A DNA stretch of 64,000 nucleotides. Origin: an uncultured Clostridia bacterium (lineage in GTDB: Bacteria > Acidobacteriota > Aminicenantia > UBA2199). The DNA is taken from the NCBI GenBank assembly GCA_964502145.1, contig CAZCVI010000029.1:9431-73430 (forward strand). Direction: 5' to 3'. Position numbers and translations under genes: made by a program. The notes under the pieces are model-generated. The model saw only the letters and a program-made list of their open reading frames with translations, was not told the origin of the DNA and ran no database searches. Positions 33,608 to 42,773 of the stretch are shown piece after piece (the first letter of the stretch is position 1; the number at the start of each line of letters is the position of its first letter).

Positions 33608-35299
33608 ATGAATTTAAAAACCTTTTTGACTCTAATATTTGCTTTTCTGATTGGCACCTCGATTCTGTTCGGTGTGGCAGCGGATGAAGCAAAAGCTCTA
33701 AAATGTCCCGGTAAAGTAAACGTGTTGGTATCCACGGTGGCCCCCACTTCTTTCGTCCAATACAATACCCTAAACGTCGCCCTGGTCCCAGCCAAATTCC
33801 AGTCATTGGTGAGCACGGTTCCTTGTGCCATCGCGAAAATTCAAACTGCCGCGGGCGCCGAGGTGAAAGCTGGCGATGTTATCCTGGAACTGGATAGCAA
33901 AGACATTAAAGAAACAATCGCGAAAGCCAATCTTGATATAAAAAAATGGCAGAAAGTCCTTTCAAAAAAATCCACTAAAAAAGCCGCCCAAAAAGAAGCG
34001 GCAGAGAACCTGAAAAACTCCCAGGAACTCTTGGCGCAGAAACAAGCGCAATTAAAAAATGGCATCTTCACCGCCACTTTTGACGGTTTTGTCGAAGTGA
34101 TGAATGTAAATGAAGGCGATCACATCAGCGACGGTTTCCTCATGGCTACTGTCGTGGATGCCACCCAGGTTGTCGCCGCCATCCCTGCCACTGAAGCTGA
34201 CAAGCTCAATGCCGGCCAGACTGTGTCCGTAGAAATTCCAGAATTGGGAAAAAAGCTGGCAGGCACCGTGCAAAAAAGTGATCAAGCCTATCTCCTGATC
34301 GACAACTCCGGTAAACAGATTAAAAAAGGAATGCATGCCGTTTTTAGTGTGGCTGTTAAAAATCATGAAAACGTGCTGGTTCTTTCGGACTCTCAAATCC
34401 TCAAGGATAGTACCGGATACTATATTTATACAGTCAACGGCAAACTGGCTAGAAAAACCAGTATTACTATCGGTCCAGTCACCCACAATATGGTCTTGGT
34501 ATCGGAAGGCATCGCCAATGGCGACGAAGTGGTTAGCGCTGAAATTCTCGACCCCAAAAAAGGACTGTTGAAAGAGAAAATAACCTGCCTCGAAGATAAT
34601 AAAAAGATTGTGATCATGGAAAAACATGCCACTGCCAACCAGTATATAGCGCGGAAAAAAGCAGCCAAACCCGCTGCCGTTGTTCCTGAAATTGCACCCC
34701 CAGTTAAAGCCAAACCCGTGGCAGCAAAACCAGAAGTTAAAAAAGAAGTTAAGAAAGAAAAGAAAAACGTGTATCCTGTTGCTCCCCGGAAAGTTTCCAA
34801 GTTCGCTATCGGTGCCACTATCAACTACTCCAAAATGAATACCAATTTTGACGATGTGTATGGTCGTCTCACTGGTTTTGGCCTGGACCTCTCCTATACT
34901 CTTACCAAAGCATTGGATATCTGGTTAAGTGCCAGTTATGCTACCAAAAAAAGCACGTTGGAAGATTTCCCCGAAACCCCAATGGAATTTACCCTTCTCC
35001 CTGTTTCTCTTGATCTCCGTTATTTCCTCAAAAGAGGGCAGAAGCTGGATATTTATGTCGGTACTGGTTTTACCTACTATTCCTTTGAAGATATCTCCCC
35101 CTTGAGCGAAGTGAAGAGCAGTGCTATTGGCATCAATCTGGTGGGGGGTACCTATTACCATCTCTCCCGCCACCTCTCCTTGCACGCGGCCTTCCGTTGG
35201 AGTACTGCCAAGAAAGATATCGTGGCCGAACCTGCGCCGGATTTCAAACTGGATCTCAGCGGTATTGATCTACTGCTGGGAGTTTCGTATGGATTCTAA
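33608..35299 (+). CDS. Fusion of a periplasmic adaptor (HlyD/RND membrane-fusion-protein-like) region to a C-terminal outer-membrane beta-barrel domain via a Lys/Pro/Ala linker
   Basis: Signal peptide. Lipoyl-like AGAEVKAGDVILELD and FDGFVEVMNVNEGDHISDG flank a coiled coil. Beta-barrel and MP-like VLVLSDSQILKDSTGYYIYTVNGKLARKTSITIG. Linker AAKPAAVVPEIAPPVKAKPVAAKPEVKKEVKKEKK. OMP-like end LLLGVSYGF. Confidence 0.65.
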   Translation: MNLKTFLTLIFAFLIGTSILFGVAADEAKALKCPGKVNVLVSTVAPTSFVQYNTLNVALVPAKFQSLVSTVPCAIAKIQTAAGAEVKAGDVILELDSKDIKETIAKANLDIKKWQKVLSKKSTKKAAQKEAAENLKNSQELLAQKQAQLKNGIFTATFDGFVEVMNVNEGDHISDGFLMATVVDATQVVAAIPATEADKLNAGQTVSVEIPELGKKLAGTVQKSDQAYLLIDNSGKQIKKGMHAVFSVAVKNHENVLVLSDSQILKDSTGYYIYTVNGKLARKTSITIGPVTHNMVLVSEGIANGDEVVSAEILDPKKGLLKEKITCLEDNKKIVIMEKHATANQYIARKKAAKPAAVVPEIAPPVKAKPVAAKPEVKKEVKKEKKNVYPVAPRKVSKFAIGATINYSKMNTNFDDVYGRLTGFGLDLSYTLTKALDIWLSASYATKKSTLEDFPETPMEFTLLPVSLDLRYFLKRGQKLDIYVGTGFTYYSFEDISPLSEVKSSAIGINLVGGTYYHLSRHLSLHAAFRWSTAKKDIVAEPAPDFKLDLSGIDLLLGVSYGF

Positions 35300-35323
35300 A
35301 TAAATATCAAATAGATTTACCTG

Positions 35324-35357
35324 CAAAGGGTAAGGGAATTTTTTCCCTTACCCTTTG
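35324..35357 (+). terminator. Hairpin CAAAGGGTAAGGGA-attttt-TCCCTTACCCTTTG
   Basis: 14-bp perfect stem starting 25 nt after the stop at 35299. Confidence 0.65.
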
Positions 35358-35549
35358 TAATTTATAATCAAAAAACAAGGGTAAACACACCGTTTGCCTC
35401 TAAGTTCCCCCACCTTCATCCCTTTATTTGCAGTGCCTGCGGTATATTTTTCTCGCTTTTTTTTCGCCAAAATGGTTGTATTCATATGCTGAATGAGTTA
35501 TATATAATACGTTATATTAAAAGTATGAATTTAAAACATAGGAGTTGCA

Positions 35550-37601
35550 ATGAGAATAGAATGGATAAAAAAAATGCAGCGGGATTCGGCGTCCCAATTT
35601 AAGATCGTTTGTTTAGGTTTATTATTCCTTTTTTCCGCTTTTTTATATGGGGAAGAGACCCTGGTTTTGGTAGCACAGGAGAGCAATGTTGTTTATTATA
35701 AACCCGAGGTCAAAATCAGTCCCACCGGTGATGTGTACGTGGTGTATCAAGCCAAAAACAATGCCACTGGTCGAAGTGAAATCTATTTGAGTAAATATGG
35801 AATCAATGGGAGTGTTGCTTTTGTCAAAAATCTTTCCGAATCCTCGGCTTATTCCTATGAGCCAGAGATTGATATTCGAGGGAATGGGGATATTCATGTG
35901 GCATGGTGCGATCAATCCGGCGATACCCATGTGATCAAGTACCGTTATTTTAATGGTAGTACTTGGTCTGGAATCTATACCTTTGGACAGGTAAGTATTG
36001 GGGAGAATATTGAGGATTTGCGTTTAGCTGTGGATGAAGCAGGTAATGTATTCGTAGTTTTCATGTATTGGCCCGATGCTAAATGTATTTTTATCAGCAA
36101 GTATGGAGATAGCATTACTTTTGAGCATTTCCCCGAGGGTGGGCGTCTCAAGCATGCCGATGTGGATGCCGATGGAAATTATGTTCATATCGTTTGGCAG
36201 TATCGGCCCAATGGTGGGGATGAGTACACCATCGGGTATCAGCGGCGCGGCAACCGCTTAAACAGTGCCTGGGAGAATTGGATCGATGTGCGCTACAGCG
36301 GCACCCAGCGTCCCCGCATGTGTTTGGACAATACCGGCGTGCCGCATGTGGTATTTTTCCATAATCTCGGTTCCACCCGGAAGTTGTGGTACAAGAAAAG
36401 AACGGGCAATGAATTCGGGGATTTGCAGGTCATGTCCAGTCCTGACAAGTTCGAGACCTACCATTATTGCGATATCAGTGCGGTCAATCCAGACAATATG
36501 CTGGTGACTATGCAGCGTGGTGGTTCGGAAGGAGGCACCAACATCAATTATAATTGGAAAAAGAATGGTGTATGGACCGGTTTTTCTTCCTTTTCCAAGA
36601 GTTATGGTCCCAATCCTTCCAAGCAGAGTATAGACCTTGCGCCCGGGCGTTTTTTCGCAGCTATTGCATTTGCCGATCGCGATGAGCGTGTCTATCTATT
36701 ATTGGTAGAAGAGTCTGGCAATCCCATTGGTGGTGCCCCTAGTGCCAGCTTCATCTATTCGCCCCAATCGGGAAATGTGCCCTTGCCCGTCACCTTTGAT
36801 GCGTCCCTTTCCAGTGATCCGGGGGGTAGTATTACCGCGTACAATTGGAATTTTGGCGATGGTTTCACCGGCACCGGTAGAACCATCAGTCATACTTATA
36901 CCGCCGAGGGTGAATATACTGTAGCTTTAACCGTGACCGACAATGAAGGTAAGACCGGCACTATCTCCCATGTTGTAGTGGCAGTTCAGCCTAATTTACC
37001 ACCAGTCGCCGCCTTTTCTTTTTCCCCCAAAAGTGGAATTTTCCCTCTTACCGTTTTATTTGATGCTTCCGCGTCTTCTGATCCCGATGGTATAGTCGCG
37101 CAATATGAATGGGAATTCGGTAATGGTGATTCGGGAACAGGGAGGGTTGTGACCCACACCTTTACCGAAGAAGGAGCCAATAAGATTGTCTTGACCGTGT
37201 ATGATAATGATGGCGATTCTGCTTCTGCTTCAGGAACCGTGAATGTGTTTGGTTTGTTGCCGCCCTTGAATATTGCCTTTGAATCTATCGCCAACCGCAG
37301 TCTTTTTACGCTGCAATACGTCTACAAAATTACCTGGAACCACAATCCTGGCAATGCCGCGTTGGGTGCGGATGTGGTTAAATATAATATCTATCGCAAG
37401 CGACCCGCCGATAAATATTATGCCTTTTTAGCTACCGTGTCTGCTGCTGAAAACAATCGGTACCTTGATCGTTTAGGCAATGTTGCCGAGGAGTATGTTT
37501 ATACAGTTACCGGGGTAGACACGTTGGGCCGGGAAAGTAAAATATCTTCCACTTCAGCGCAGAACAAATCGTCTAAAGATAGGGAAGTGATTCGAAAATA
37601 A
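35550..37601 (+). CDS. Secreted surface protein: beta-propeller-like repeat region + two PKD domains + Fn3-like C-terminal domain
   Basis: AGGAG RBS. PKD segments YNWNFGDGFTGTGRTISHTYTAEGEYTVALTVTDNEGKTG and YEWEFGNGDSGTGRVVTHTFTEEGANKIVLTVYDNDGDS. The N-terminal region is paralogous to the 31775 gene. Confidence 0.75.
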   Translation: MRIEWIKKMQRDSASQFKIVCLGLLFLFSAFLYGEETLVLVAQESNVVYYKPEVKISPTGDVYVVYQAKNNATGRSEIYLSKYGINGSVAFVKNLSESSAYSYEPEIDIRGNGDIHVAWCDQSGDTHVIKYRYFNGSTWSGIYTFGQVSIGENIEDLRLAVDEAGNVFVVFMYWPDAKCIFISKYGDSITFEHFPEGGRLKHADVDADGNYVHIVWQYRPNGGDEYTIGYQRRGNRLNSAWENWIDVRYSGTQRPRMCLDNTGVPHVVFFHNLGSTRKLWYKKRTGNEFGDLQVMSSPDKFETYHYCDISAVNPDNMLVTMQRGGSEGGTNINYNWKKNGVWTGFSSFSKSYGPNPSKQSIDLAPGRFFAAIAFADRDERVYLLLVEESGNPIGGAPSASFIYSPQSGNVPLPVTFDASLSSDPGGSITAYNWNFGDGFTGTGRTISHTYTAEGEYTVALTVTDNEGKTGTISHVVVAVQPNLPPVAAFSFSPKSGIFPLTVLFDASASSDPDGIVAQYEWEFGNGDSGTGRVVTHTFTEEGANKIVLTVYDNDGDSASASGTVNVFGLLPPLNIAFESIANRSLFTLQYVYKITWNHNPGNAALGADVVKYNIYRKRPADKYYAFLATVSAAENNRYLDRLGNVAEEYVYTVTGVDTLGRESKISSTSAQNKSSKDREVIRK

Positions 37602-37654
37602 TCTGTGCAAACCAGCCGGATACTAAACCCACCATCAAGTTAATGGGAGTTATG

Positions 37655-37686
37655 GGGGGTAGTGGCGTAATGCTTTACCCCCTTTT
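37655..37686. terminator. Hairpin GGGGGTA-N14-TACCCCC + TTTT between convergent genes
   Basis: Stems at 37655-37661 and 37676-37682, T-run at 37683-37686. Confidence 0.5.
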
Positions 37687-37689
37687 CTC

Positions 37690-39261
37690 TTACACCCACA
37701 CCATGAAGATTTGTTTTTCCCCTATAATGAGTGTCTCATTCGCGCCTATTTTATTGCTTTGGCGGCGGGAATCGTAAATAATGAGAAAGCCAAGGTTTTG
37801 GTTCTGGCGGTCCAGATAATCCGTTAGTTGCTTCAAGCCTTTCCGGTGCGATTCCTCGCCATACCACTTTTTTAATTCAATAATGTATTTTTGGCTCCCG
37901 TAAGTCACCGCGATGTCCAACCTTTTTTCCTCGGAAATTTCTACTTCCTTGAAATCATAGCCTTTGCCATTAATAATGGGTCTTAAGAAGGTCAGGAAGA
38001 GCAATCTACCGTTTCGTTCCAGAAACACCAGGTCTTTTTCAGAATACTGCTCCTTCAGAAAAGTTTGGAAACGTAGCAGCACTTCCCTCATATTCAGTGC
38101 GCCGCCATTTTCCAAGAAATGGTCCCTGAAATTATAATTCCCCATGTTTGAGGAGGTTTTCACCTTGGAGGCCATATAATTGTAAATACGCTGCTCATAT
38201 AATCGGTTGTGAATCCGTACCCGGCCATTTTCATCGCGAAAAACGCCATGGGTCACCCCTTTTTCGATAAGCGGATTATCTAAATTGTACCCGATGTCTT
38301 CCCCTTCCAACACTATGCGGTAAACCATGTCGTAGAGGGACGGATTGTTTTCGAGGTTTTTGATTAAGCTTTGAAAATTGGTATTATCCTCTTTTAACAA
38401 GTTATTGGCTGCCGTATCAATATCCACTAATTCCCAGCGCTCCAAAGGGTGGATGTCTTCATCTATAATCTTGCACAACCGGGAAACGAGGAAGGGATAA
38501 CCGGAAGTTAAATAGTGCAATTTCGCAGCGGCTTCCTTAATAGTGAGCTGGATGTTGTTTTGGGTCAGAAAATCATGGAGTAAACTTTCGATTTCACTGC
38601 TGCTGAGGCTCAGGTCGCCGGGAAAATTAATCGCAATGTTCCAAGGGCTGTTGTATTGTTGTTCAGCATCCGCTCTGACTTTAAGTTTTAAATTTTTCAC
38701 ATCATGGACGCCTGCCAGTATCACTGAAAAAAAGGTGGAATCCTGGCCTTTATTGCGTAACAGGTATTTGGCCCGCAACATCCCCAAAAAAACAAGGAAC
38801 AACTGGTTGTTGCTGGATTTATCCACTTCATCAATCGCAACGACAATCTTTTGACCAGTGGCGGTTATTTCAGTAATCACTTTGGAAAGGTCTTTGAGGG
38901 AGTGGGTTGTTTTAATTTGCTGTGAAAGGTAATGGGATAATGGGTGCTCTGTATGTTTAAACTTTTCCAGTAGCATTTCAATAAAAGTGGGCGCAAATAG
39001 TTCTTCACTGGCAAAAATGTTATCAGAAATTCCTTCGAAGCTGATATCAAAGACCAGATAGCCCATTTTTTCCAATTCAATTCCCAGCAGGTACAACAAG
39101 GTTGTTTTGCCGTATTGTCGTGGGCGGTTGATGGTGAAGTACTTGCCTTTTTCCACCAGTTTAATCAAACTGGCGATCTTGGTAGACCGATCGGCCATAT
39201 AATGCAAATGAGGTACACACAAGCCAGCATCGTTAAATTCTTTTCTGCTTTCGTTTATCAT
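37690..39261 (-). CDS. Predicted AAA-ATPase with a C-terminal PD-(D/E)XK nuclease-like domain (the AAA-ATPase_like + PDDEXK_9 architecture)
   Basis: FNDAGLCVPHLHYM, YFTINRPRQYGKTTLL (P-loop), VVAIDEVDK (Walker B). C-terminus RLDIAVTYGSQKYIIELKKW. Confidence 0.7.
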   Translation of the reverse strand: MINESRKEFNDAGLCVPHLHYMADRSTKIASLIKLVEKGKYFTINRPRQYGKTTLLYLLGIELEKMGYLVFDISFEGISDNIFASEELFAPTFIEMLLEKFKHTEHPLSHYLSQQIKTTHSLKDLSKVITEITATGQKIVVAIDEVDKSSNNQLFLVFLGMLRAKYLLRNKGQDSTFFSVILAGVHDVKNLKLKVRADAEQQYNSPWNIAINFPGDLSLSSSEIESLLHDFLTQNNIQLTIKEAAAKLHYLTSGYPFLVSRLCKIIDEDIHPLERWELVDIDTAANNLLKEDNTNFQSLIKNLENNPSLYDMVYRIVLEGEDIGYNLDNPLIEKGVTHGVFRDENGRVRIHNRLYEQRIYNYMASKVKTSSNMGNYNFRDHFLENGGALNMREVLLRFQTFLKEQYSEKDLVFLERNGRLLFLTFLRPIINGKGYDFKEVEISEEKRLDIAVTYGSQKYIIELKKWYGEESHRKGLKQLTDYLDRQNQNLGFLIIYDSRRQSNKIGANETLIIGEKQIFMVWV

Positions 39262-39519
39262 GGTTTAATAATAATACAAAATCCTCTTTTTTTCAATTCC
39301 CAGAGCCTTTGGATTCACCGCCAAATTTATTAAACCACGAAGCGCAAAAACCTCCAGTCCTATCTCAAATATAAATTCTTTGCACAACACAAATAAAAAA
39401 CACAAGAACCATCCCATACAAGTGTCACCATTTTTGTAAACTTTACTATTTAGTTTTCTGTATTTCAATATATTATTATACTACTTAATAAACATTCTGG
39501 GCGTCACCGGGAATGAGAT

Positions 39520-39562
39520 AAAAAATTGGAAAGATAGATGCCGCTTAAACACCTATCTTTCC
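39520..39562 (-). terminator. Rho-independent terminator of the precursor-peptide gene (GGAAAGATAG-N15-CTATCTTTCC then T-run on the minus strand)
   Basis: Stems at 39528-39537 and 39553-39562. AAAAAATT at 39520-39527 on the plus strand gives a U-tract on the minus strand. Confidence 0.6.
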
Positions 39563-39616
39563 GGCAACAATTTTTAATGGGTGAATATACCCATTATTTT
39601 TTTTTGGGTTTAGGGG

Positions 39617-39868
39617 CTAATCAATGGGAACAGTAGTCGGATGCGGGTGGACGAAATCATAACCAGGAGAGTGTGAATGAGTTGCCTCATTTGCACTATA
39701 ATTCGCTGTAGTCGATGTGCCACCCGGTTGATTTTCATAGATACATGCACATGCACAACCAAGGTTTGTGCAAACCCCACCTGCTATCGCAGCCCAGATG
39801 TCATTCATCTCGATACCGGAAATAACAGTTTCGTTTTTGACATTCATTAAACTTAATCTTCGTTTCAT
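39617..39868 (-). CDS. RiPP precursor peptide, GG-Bacteroidales-type leader (ends ...AAIAGG) with a Cys-rich core
   Basis: GGAGG RBS. Leader MKRRLSLMNVKNETVISGIEMNDIWAAIAGG. Core VCTNLGCACACIYENQPGG... with a His/Pro-rich tail. Lies directly downstream of the pseudo-rSAM and rSAM genes. Confidence 0.75.
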   Translation of the reverse strand: MKRRLSLMNVKNETVISGIEMNDIWAAIAGGVCTNLGCACACIYENQPGGTSTTANYSANEATHSHSPGYDFVHPHPTTVPID

Positions 39869-39907
39869 GAAGACCTCCTTCTATTTAAACTTGGGTAAGA
39901 TACCCAG

Positions 39908-41203
39908 TTATTTGCCATTATAGTTAAGTACTGTGCATAGGTCATTCCTTCTGAGAACAAACTCATAATTGGATATCTCCTCACATATCACATTGTATAA
40001 ACACCCCTTACACGGCGATAAATTGGGTCGCACTCTTAACCAGTTCCTCCCATGATACAACTCCTTGAAAATGAGATCATGGATTATATGGTTATGGATA
40101 TTTCCCAGTTTGGGAGTGTTGAGATTGGAATAGACATCCCCATTGCTCATTATGGTGAGTTTCCCGAAGAAATTCGAGTTTACTACCATCCTGGCAACAA
40201 TCTCCCGTTGTGACGGCCTGGCAGCGGTTATGTCCTCGGGATGAATAAACACGGCATCTTTAAAGAAATCCATATTACTTCCATTATAATAGGGCTTTAA
40301 CAAAAAGTCTCTCAATCCAAAGCGACCGGGAATCGAATCACAATAATTCAGCTCATCCATACCGGAAATTAAAAATGTTAGCTTTACATTTCCCTGCTCC
40401 CCGGCAAAACGGACCGCTGTTTCTAGGTTCTGGTCCTGAATCGGAAACGTAACGAGCAAATTAATCCAAGATTTGCCTTCGTTATCCTTAATCAAACCCA
40501 ATTTTTCCAGGTTATTTAATGCATCGAGATAATGGAGATGATAGGCTTTTACCCGGGAAGTATTGTCAAAGAACACAACCATATCTTCAAACCGTGAATG
40601 ATCAAGTATATTCCCACCGATTATATTGATTGATGCAAGACCACTATTTTCCAGGGAGTTACAAAGCATTTTGATGGTATCGAGGGATAATTCCTGTGGA
40701 GTTCCCCGCCTCTCGAAATAAGGAAATAATACCTGTTTATAAAGCAATGGCGGCAACGGTTCATAAACACTCGAATGGCTATGGGAACTGTTGTTTATAT
40801 AGATGGAGACTTCCCTTAAATAAGAAAGGATGGCTTTACCTTCCAGGTTATGGTCTCTCCGTTTTTGCTTTATATCTGCCTGTAAATTGATAATGGATTT
40901 GAGTTGAATGGGTTTTCCGTAAGAAAGCACGACATCTTCCATATCTCCCATAAACCGGGTCTTAATCTCCTGTACGAAGCAACTGATCCGGGGATGATTA
41001 AGTTCCTTCCGAGTTATAGGGATGACAAGCAGGTTTTCCGGACGCAACATTTTTTTTAAAATGTGTAGAATATCCGGCTCATCGGTATATTCGAGTTTAG
41101 AACCGGAAAGGGTATTGTAAAGCAAGGCTTTATTTCCTATTATAGAAACATGTACATACGGTTCTATCCACAGCCACCATTTTCTATCAATATCGTTACT
41201 CAA
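39908..41203 (-). CDS. Pseudo-radical-SAM protein (rSAM homolog lacking CxxxCxxC), as in GG-Bacteroidales peptide systems
   Basis: No CxxxCxxC motif. NIIGGNILDHSRFEDMVVFF aligns with GFYGGEPLMNIEFIKEIVNF of the neighbouring rSAM. C-terminal PCKGCLYNVICEE. 8-nt overlap with the upstream gene. Confidence 0.65.
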   Translation of the reverse strand: MSNDIDRKWWLWIEPYVHVSIIGNKALLYNTLSGSKLEYTDEPDILHILKKMLRPENLLVIPITRKELNHPRISCFVQEIKTRFMGDMEDVVLSYGKPIQLKSIINLQADIKQKRRDHNLEGKAILSYLREVSIYINNSSHSHSSVYEPLPPLLYKQVLFPYFERRGTPQELSLDTIKMLCNSLENSGLASINIIGGNILDHSRFEDMVVFFDNTSRVKAYHLHYLDALNNLEKLGLIKDNEGKSWINLLVTFPIQDQNLETAVRFAGEQGNVKLTFLISGMDELNYCDSIPGRFGLRDFLLKPYYNGSNMDFFKDAVFIHPEDITAARPSQREIVARMVVNSNFFGKLTIMSNGDVYSNLNTPKLGNIHNHIIHDLIFKELYHGRNWLRVRPNLSPCKGCLYNVICEEISNYEFVLRRNDLCTVLNYNGK

Positions 41204-42731
41204 CGGTCACATCCTCCATAATTTTGGTATAGACTTTGGGCTCACGCTCGAAAGCAGAGAGAACCTGAGCAATAAATTCCTGGAAATCCGAATAATTTCG
41301 GTAATACTTACACGTAATGCTGCCCTCTTTTTGAATTAAATTAAATATACACGTAGGACATGCTTCACGGTCATAACAATATCTGCATTGCTCCCCGAGC
41401 TGTTTAAAGTAATCATTGTATTTTGTGGAAATGGCAGTAAAATCGATATCGACCTTTTCACGCGTTACTGTTCCGAGGTAAAATTGATGGGCGATATTCT
41501 CGCAGGGTAGCAACTTCCCACTGGCTGAGACAAAAATTCGTTTTCCAAAAGGCAAACACGTTCCTGTGGGATATACCCTGTGAATTTTTTTGGTGGACAG
41601 TAAATGATTATAATTCTCATAAACGAAACCGCTGTATTTTAACAAAAATAAACTCATCATCTGTACGTCTGGATGCTTCAAGAACAGTTCTTTTTGGATT
41701 CCGAGGTCGTCTTCGAGTTCTCCGTATATGTTCTCTTTAATGGTGGAATACATTTCCCAGAAGTTATTTTGCTCGGCATCTTTGATTCCCACATTTTTTA
41801 ATTGGCCCACCCTCGGGATTTTGTCATACTTTTCCTTAAAAAAATCGAGGAGCTTTACTACACTGTTCTTCGTATGCACCACTGCATTAAAATGGACGCG
41901 CTCTCGAAAATAATCAGGGTATTTTTCCCGGAAGGCTTCAATATTTGCAATAATATGAGGATACGCGGGTTCACCGTTCTTCAAAACCCGGAAACAATTA
42001 TGCTCTTCATTGCCATCGAGACTCAATAATAAATTGAAACTATTCTCGACAAGGAAATCCATATGCTTCGATAAAAGCAATGCATTTGTGGTCATGGAAA
42101 ATTGGAAACGGTTGTGTTCGAGCTTGAGGGTTTTAGCAAAGTTGACGATCTCTTTGATGAACTCGATATTCATCAACGGCTCTCCCCCATAAAATCCTAA
42201 ATAAATGACCCTGCCGTGCGAAATATTCAAGGGTGAATTCCAATACAGGAGTAAATACTCGATAAATTTTTTAGCTGCTTCAATATCCAGGTCCTTTTCA
42301 GTTCGTTCGTCATAGTAGCCATAAAAACGTCCATAACCGCAATATTCGCATTTGAGATTGCAACGTTCGGTGACTTCAAAAGTCACTTGCATGGAATTGG
42401 CGAGTGTGTATTCTACCGTTTCAGGTTTAATGGGGGCAGGAGTTTCAGGAGCGTCCACAAAAGGTTCAAAGTAACCGCTATTCTTTAAGAACAAATATTT
42501 CTGGAAATAATATTCGATTTCCTGCTTTGGAACTTTTCCGTATTCCTCTATCTCGATGAATTCGTCATCAGTGTTATCCAACTTTTGACGGATATCGATT
42601 CCTTTTTCAACCATATCGAGGATGTAGTAAAGAAGATAGTTACATAATAGGTTACTATTCTTATTCCTATCAAAAACAAAACGGTTTCCGAGATTGGTTT
42701 TTGAGAGTATAAATGATTTGAGTGGGTTCAT
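41196..42731 (-). CDS. Radical SAM peptide maturase with a SPASM-like C-terminus (GG-Bacteroidales-family type)
   Basis: CNLKCEYC (CxxxCxxC), YGGEPLMN, and C-terminal CRYCYDREACPTCIFN. GGGAG RBS. Confidence 0.8.
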   Translation of the reverse strand: MNPLKSFILSKTNLGNRFVFDRNKNSNLLCNYLLYYILDMVEKGIDIRQKLDNTDDEFIEIEEYGKVPKQEIEYYFQKYLFLKNSGYFEPFVDAPETPAPIKPETVEYTLANSMQVTFEVTERCNLKCEYCGYGRFYGYYDERTEKDLDIEAAKKFIEYLLLYWNSPLNISHGRVIYLGFYGGEPLMNIEFIKEIVNFAKTLKLEHNRFQFSMTTNALLLSKHMDFLVENSFNLLLSLDGNEEHNCFRVLKNGEPAYPHIIANIEAFREKYPDYFRERVHFNAVVHTKNSVVKLLDFFKEKYDKIPRVGQLKNVGIKDAEQNNFWEMYSTIKENIYGELEDDLGIQKELFLKHPDVQMMSLFLLKYSGFVYENYNHLLSTKKIHRVYPTGTCLPFGKRIFVSASGKLLPCENIAHQFYLGTVTREKVDIDFTAISTKYNDYFKQLGEQCRYCYDREACPTCIFNLIQKEGSITCKYYRNYSDFQEFIAQVLSAFEREPKVYTKIMEDVTVE

Positions 42732-42750
42732 GATTCTCCCTATTCATGTA

Positions 42751-42773
42751 GTAGATTATTGTAGATTATTGTA
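42751..42773. repeat. GTAGATTATT x2 (+GTA) 10-bp direct repeat
   Basis: Read directly at 42751-42760 and 42761-42770, about 20 nt upstream of the minus-strand rSAM start. Confidence 0.8.

Noticed and set aside
33608-35299. The idea that the HlyD-like gene marks a tripartite efflux pump operon.
   Set aside because: No RND, ABC or MFS transporter, or TolC-like gene, is adjacent. The neighbours are PKD surface proteins, so the efflux annotation would be over-interpretation.
39576-39606. A plus-strand hairpin AATGGGT-gaatat-ACCCATT followed by a T10 run, which looks like a rho-independent terminator.
   Set aside because: There is no plus-strand gene upstream of it, since both flanking genes are on the minus strand. 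It may terminate antisense transcription or be fortuitous. Support is insufficient.
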